Part shown: piece after piece, positions 62,309 through 64,000 of the stretch
Numbering within the stretch: the stretch's first letter is position 1
How the letters are laid out: the number at the start of each line of letters is the position of its first letter
Assembly (NCBI RefSeq): GCF_030028105.1
Contig: NC_092382.1
Coordinates: forward strand, 100,022,699-100,086,698
Length of the DNA: 64,000 nucleotides
Direction of reading: 5' to 3'
Source of the DNA: Mobula birostris
Taxonomy: Eukaryota
The notes under the pieces: model-generated
Databases searched by the model: none
Told to the model about the DNA's origin: nothing
Seen by the model: only the letters and a program-made list of their open reading frames with translations
Position numbers and translations under genes: made by a program

Positions 62309-62322
62309 CGGAAGTGACGTAA
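62309..62322 (+). promoter_or_regulatory. ETS-CRE composite CGGAAGTGACGTAA (V11 promoter; contains AGTGACGTAA, 9/10 to the TRBV decamer)
   Basis: About 117 bp upstream of the V11 ATG. Confidence 0.75.
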
Positions 62323-62438
62323 TCACGACAAAGACAGCGGGAATCTAGTTTCTTAACTGCACCAGACAGATAGACTTCCCTGAGAGCTGGTTCTGAGCTT
62401 CACTCGATCCACACAGAGGAAGAATCCTTATCCTGTAG

Positions 62439-63340
62439 ATGATGGTGCGGAGGACAATTTCCCTGCCGCTGATCGTGTTCATGATCCCACGTAAGTAAAA
62501 ATCACAGATCTCGGGGAAAGGGGTGTTGAACGACCTTTGTGTAACGACATGGTTCAGCATTGGACATGGTTACGCTTGGTAGATTTTCTCGACAAGAGGC
62601 CGAAGATTTGATGCCAACTTGGCAACTCATGAGCCGAATGAGAAAGCACCTTCCACTGATAAGCTTTCCCGCCCTGGTCGAACTGACCCAGTTGACATTG
62701 CGCGCTTCCTTCAGTTTCGCTAAACCTGGGAGATGATCTCGGGGTATCTCCGGGGATGAGTGGGGTTTTGCGTCAAAACTGAACGCGGACCAAGTGAGAT
62801 TTGTACGATATTTAACCTCAGAATCAAAGCGTTTCGAAGAATCTCAATTTGTCTGAATTGGAGTTCGTGTGTGTCAGGATAGTGTATCGCGCCTATGGCA
62901 CGTCGCAGAATAATGCGAACCTTGGGGTTAACCTGAGAGTGGATGGCATATTTCGGGAAAGCCAGCCCCTTCCTTCTGTCTAGTTTACGCGCGCGCTGAT
63001 CAACAACTGAGGGACATTGGAGATTAATCGATTTTCTGCCTTACAGGGATTCTGGGCGCTTTCGTCGAGCAGTCGCCTTCCTCCTTGTCAGTCGGAGAGG
63101 GTGAGACGGCTAGTGTCTCGTGTACGCTGTTGAAAACGGACTATACACCCATGTATTGGTACAGGCAGCGGTCCGACCAGGCAATAGATTGTCTCTTCTA
63201 TTCTTTTGGACAAGGTTTGGTTACGAACTACACATCCGATTCCTACACGGCCACAAGACCCAGCAGCACTCAGTTTAAACTGGAGCTGAGAAAAGCATCG
63301 CCCTCCCACTCTGCCATCTACTACTGCGCTTGTAGTAGCG
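62439..63340 (+). CDS. TRBV: V11: TCR V segment, CACS family. Leader 62439-62490, intron 62491-63046, V exon 63047-63340
   Basis: MMVRRTISLPLIVFMIP, GTAAGT donor, then RILGAFVEQSPSSLSVGEGETASVSCTLLKTDYTPMYWYRQRSDQAIDCLFYS...SHSAIYYCACSS; open frame. Confidence 0.93.
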
Positions 63341-63379
63341 CACAGAACTTCAGATAACGAGTCTCCCACTACAAAAACC
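63341..63379 (+). other. RSS of V11: CACAGAA - 23 bp - ACAAAAACC
   Basis: Perfect nonamer, 23-bp spacer. Confidence 0.93.
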
Positions 63380-63403
63380 TTCCGGCCGGACGCAGGGAGG
63401 TTT

Positions 63404-63434
63404 CGCAGTTCTGTTGCACCACTAGGTGGCAGCA
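63404..63434 (+). promoter_or_regulatory. RSS-proximal extended CTCF site: CGCAGTTCT + 6 bp + CCACTAGGTGGCAGCA
   Basis: Full core match at 63419-63434 (39 bp after the nonamer) plus an upstream-module-like motif at canonical spacing. Confidence 0.82.
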
Positions 63435-64000
63435 CAGGATTGTGTTTGACTGTTCCTTTCTGTCACGAGCCAACAACATTCAGCTGGCTCTTTTAAGATG
63501 CCGCAGCTGCATCAGATATCACAAAGGCGAGAATTGCATTATGATGTGTAACTGCTCGATGTGGATAATGCACTGCAATTGAAGGCAAAAAAAAACCGCA
63601 GAGAGACGCGCACCTGTCTCAGCACATCGTGGATACCTGCTTCGCGCCTATCCATCTCGATAGCTCAGTAAAGCAACGAGCAAAACCAAAGATCCCATCC
63701 ACCACTCGAGCAGTTTCTCACCCGCTGTAACTGGACCCTCGAACGGGCTACAGGATGGTGCAGTGACGTGCACTCCTGACGTCACAAACTACCCCATTAA
63801 GGTCGTGCTCACCTGCGCTGCAATTTCTCCGTCGATTTTAAAGTTTCTAGATGAACCTTATTCCACATCAATCCACAGTGTGTGATCTTTCGGGTGTGTG
63901 TGTCTGCACGCGCGCGCTGTCCGGTACCCCTGGATTCCCCCACTGAAACGGCACTGACTAAAATGTGGCTTTCGCTCTCTCCTTTCTGCTTTCGAATGAC

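Noticed and set aside
1-64000. D, J or C segments, or isolated 12-RSSs
   Set aside because: Every good nonamer belongs to a V gene; no FGxG J motif with an RSS and no C1-set exon was seen.

Overview
Vertebrate genomic DNA containing part of a T-cell receptor V-segment cluster, most consistent with TCR beta (TRB). The repeat landscape (CR1, Rex, L1, Penelope-like, tRNA-SINE, Tc1) suggests a cartilaginous fish, probably a ray; that is inference. I reconstruct 9 apparently intact leader+V genes, each with an RSS (labelled V1-V5, V7, V9-V11), 5 V pseudogenes or relics (three not recognisable in the ORF track), and 3 extra promoter+leader cassettes with no V exon of their own. They fall into four families: a TRBV30-like 'CAWS' family, a 'CACS' family, one 'CASD' gene and a 'CAAS' family. 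V genes lie on both strands. I found no D, J or C segment. Main observations: (1) a CTCF motif at a fixed 39-40 bp 3' of the RSS in each 'CACS'-family gene that has an RSS, with CTCF motif orientation flipping across the window; (2) duplicated promoter-leader cassettes, one pair showing complementary loss of CRE versus CCAAT/GC boxes; (3) ETS-CRE promoter motifs that decay in the pseudogenes; (4) non-canonical cysteines and an AGCT hotspot cluster; (5) a minimal hammerhead ribozyme in a Penelope-like insertion. All family assignments are by eye and from memory; no database search was run.
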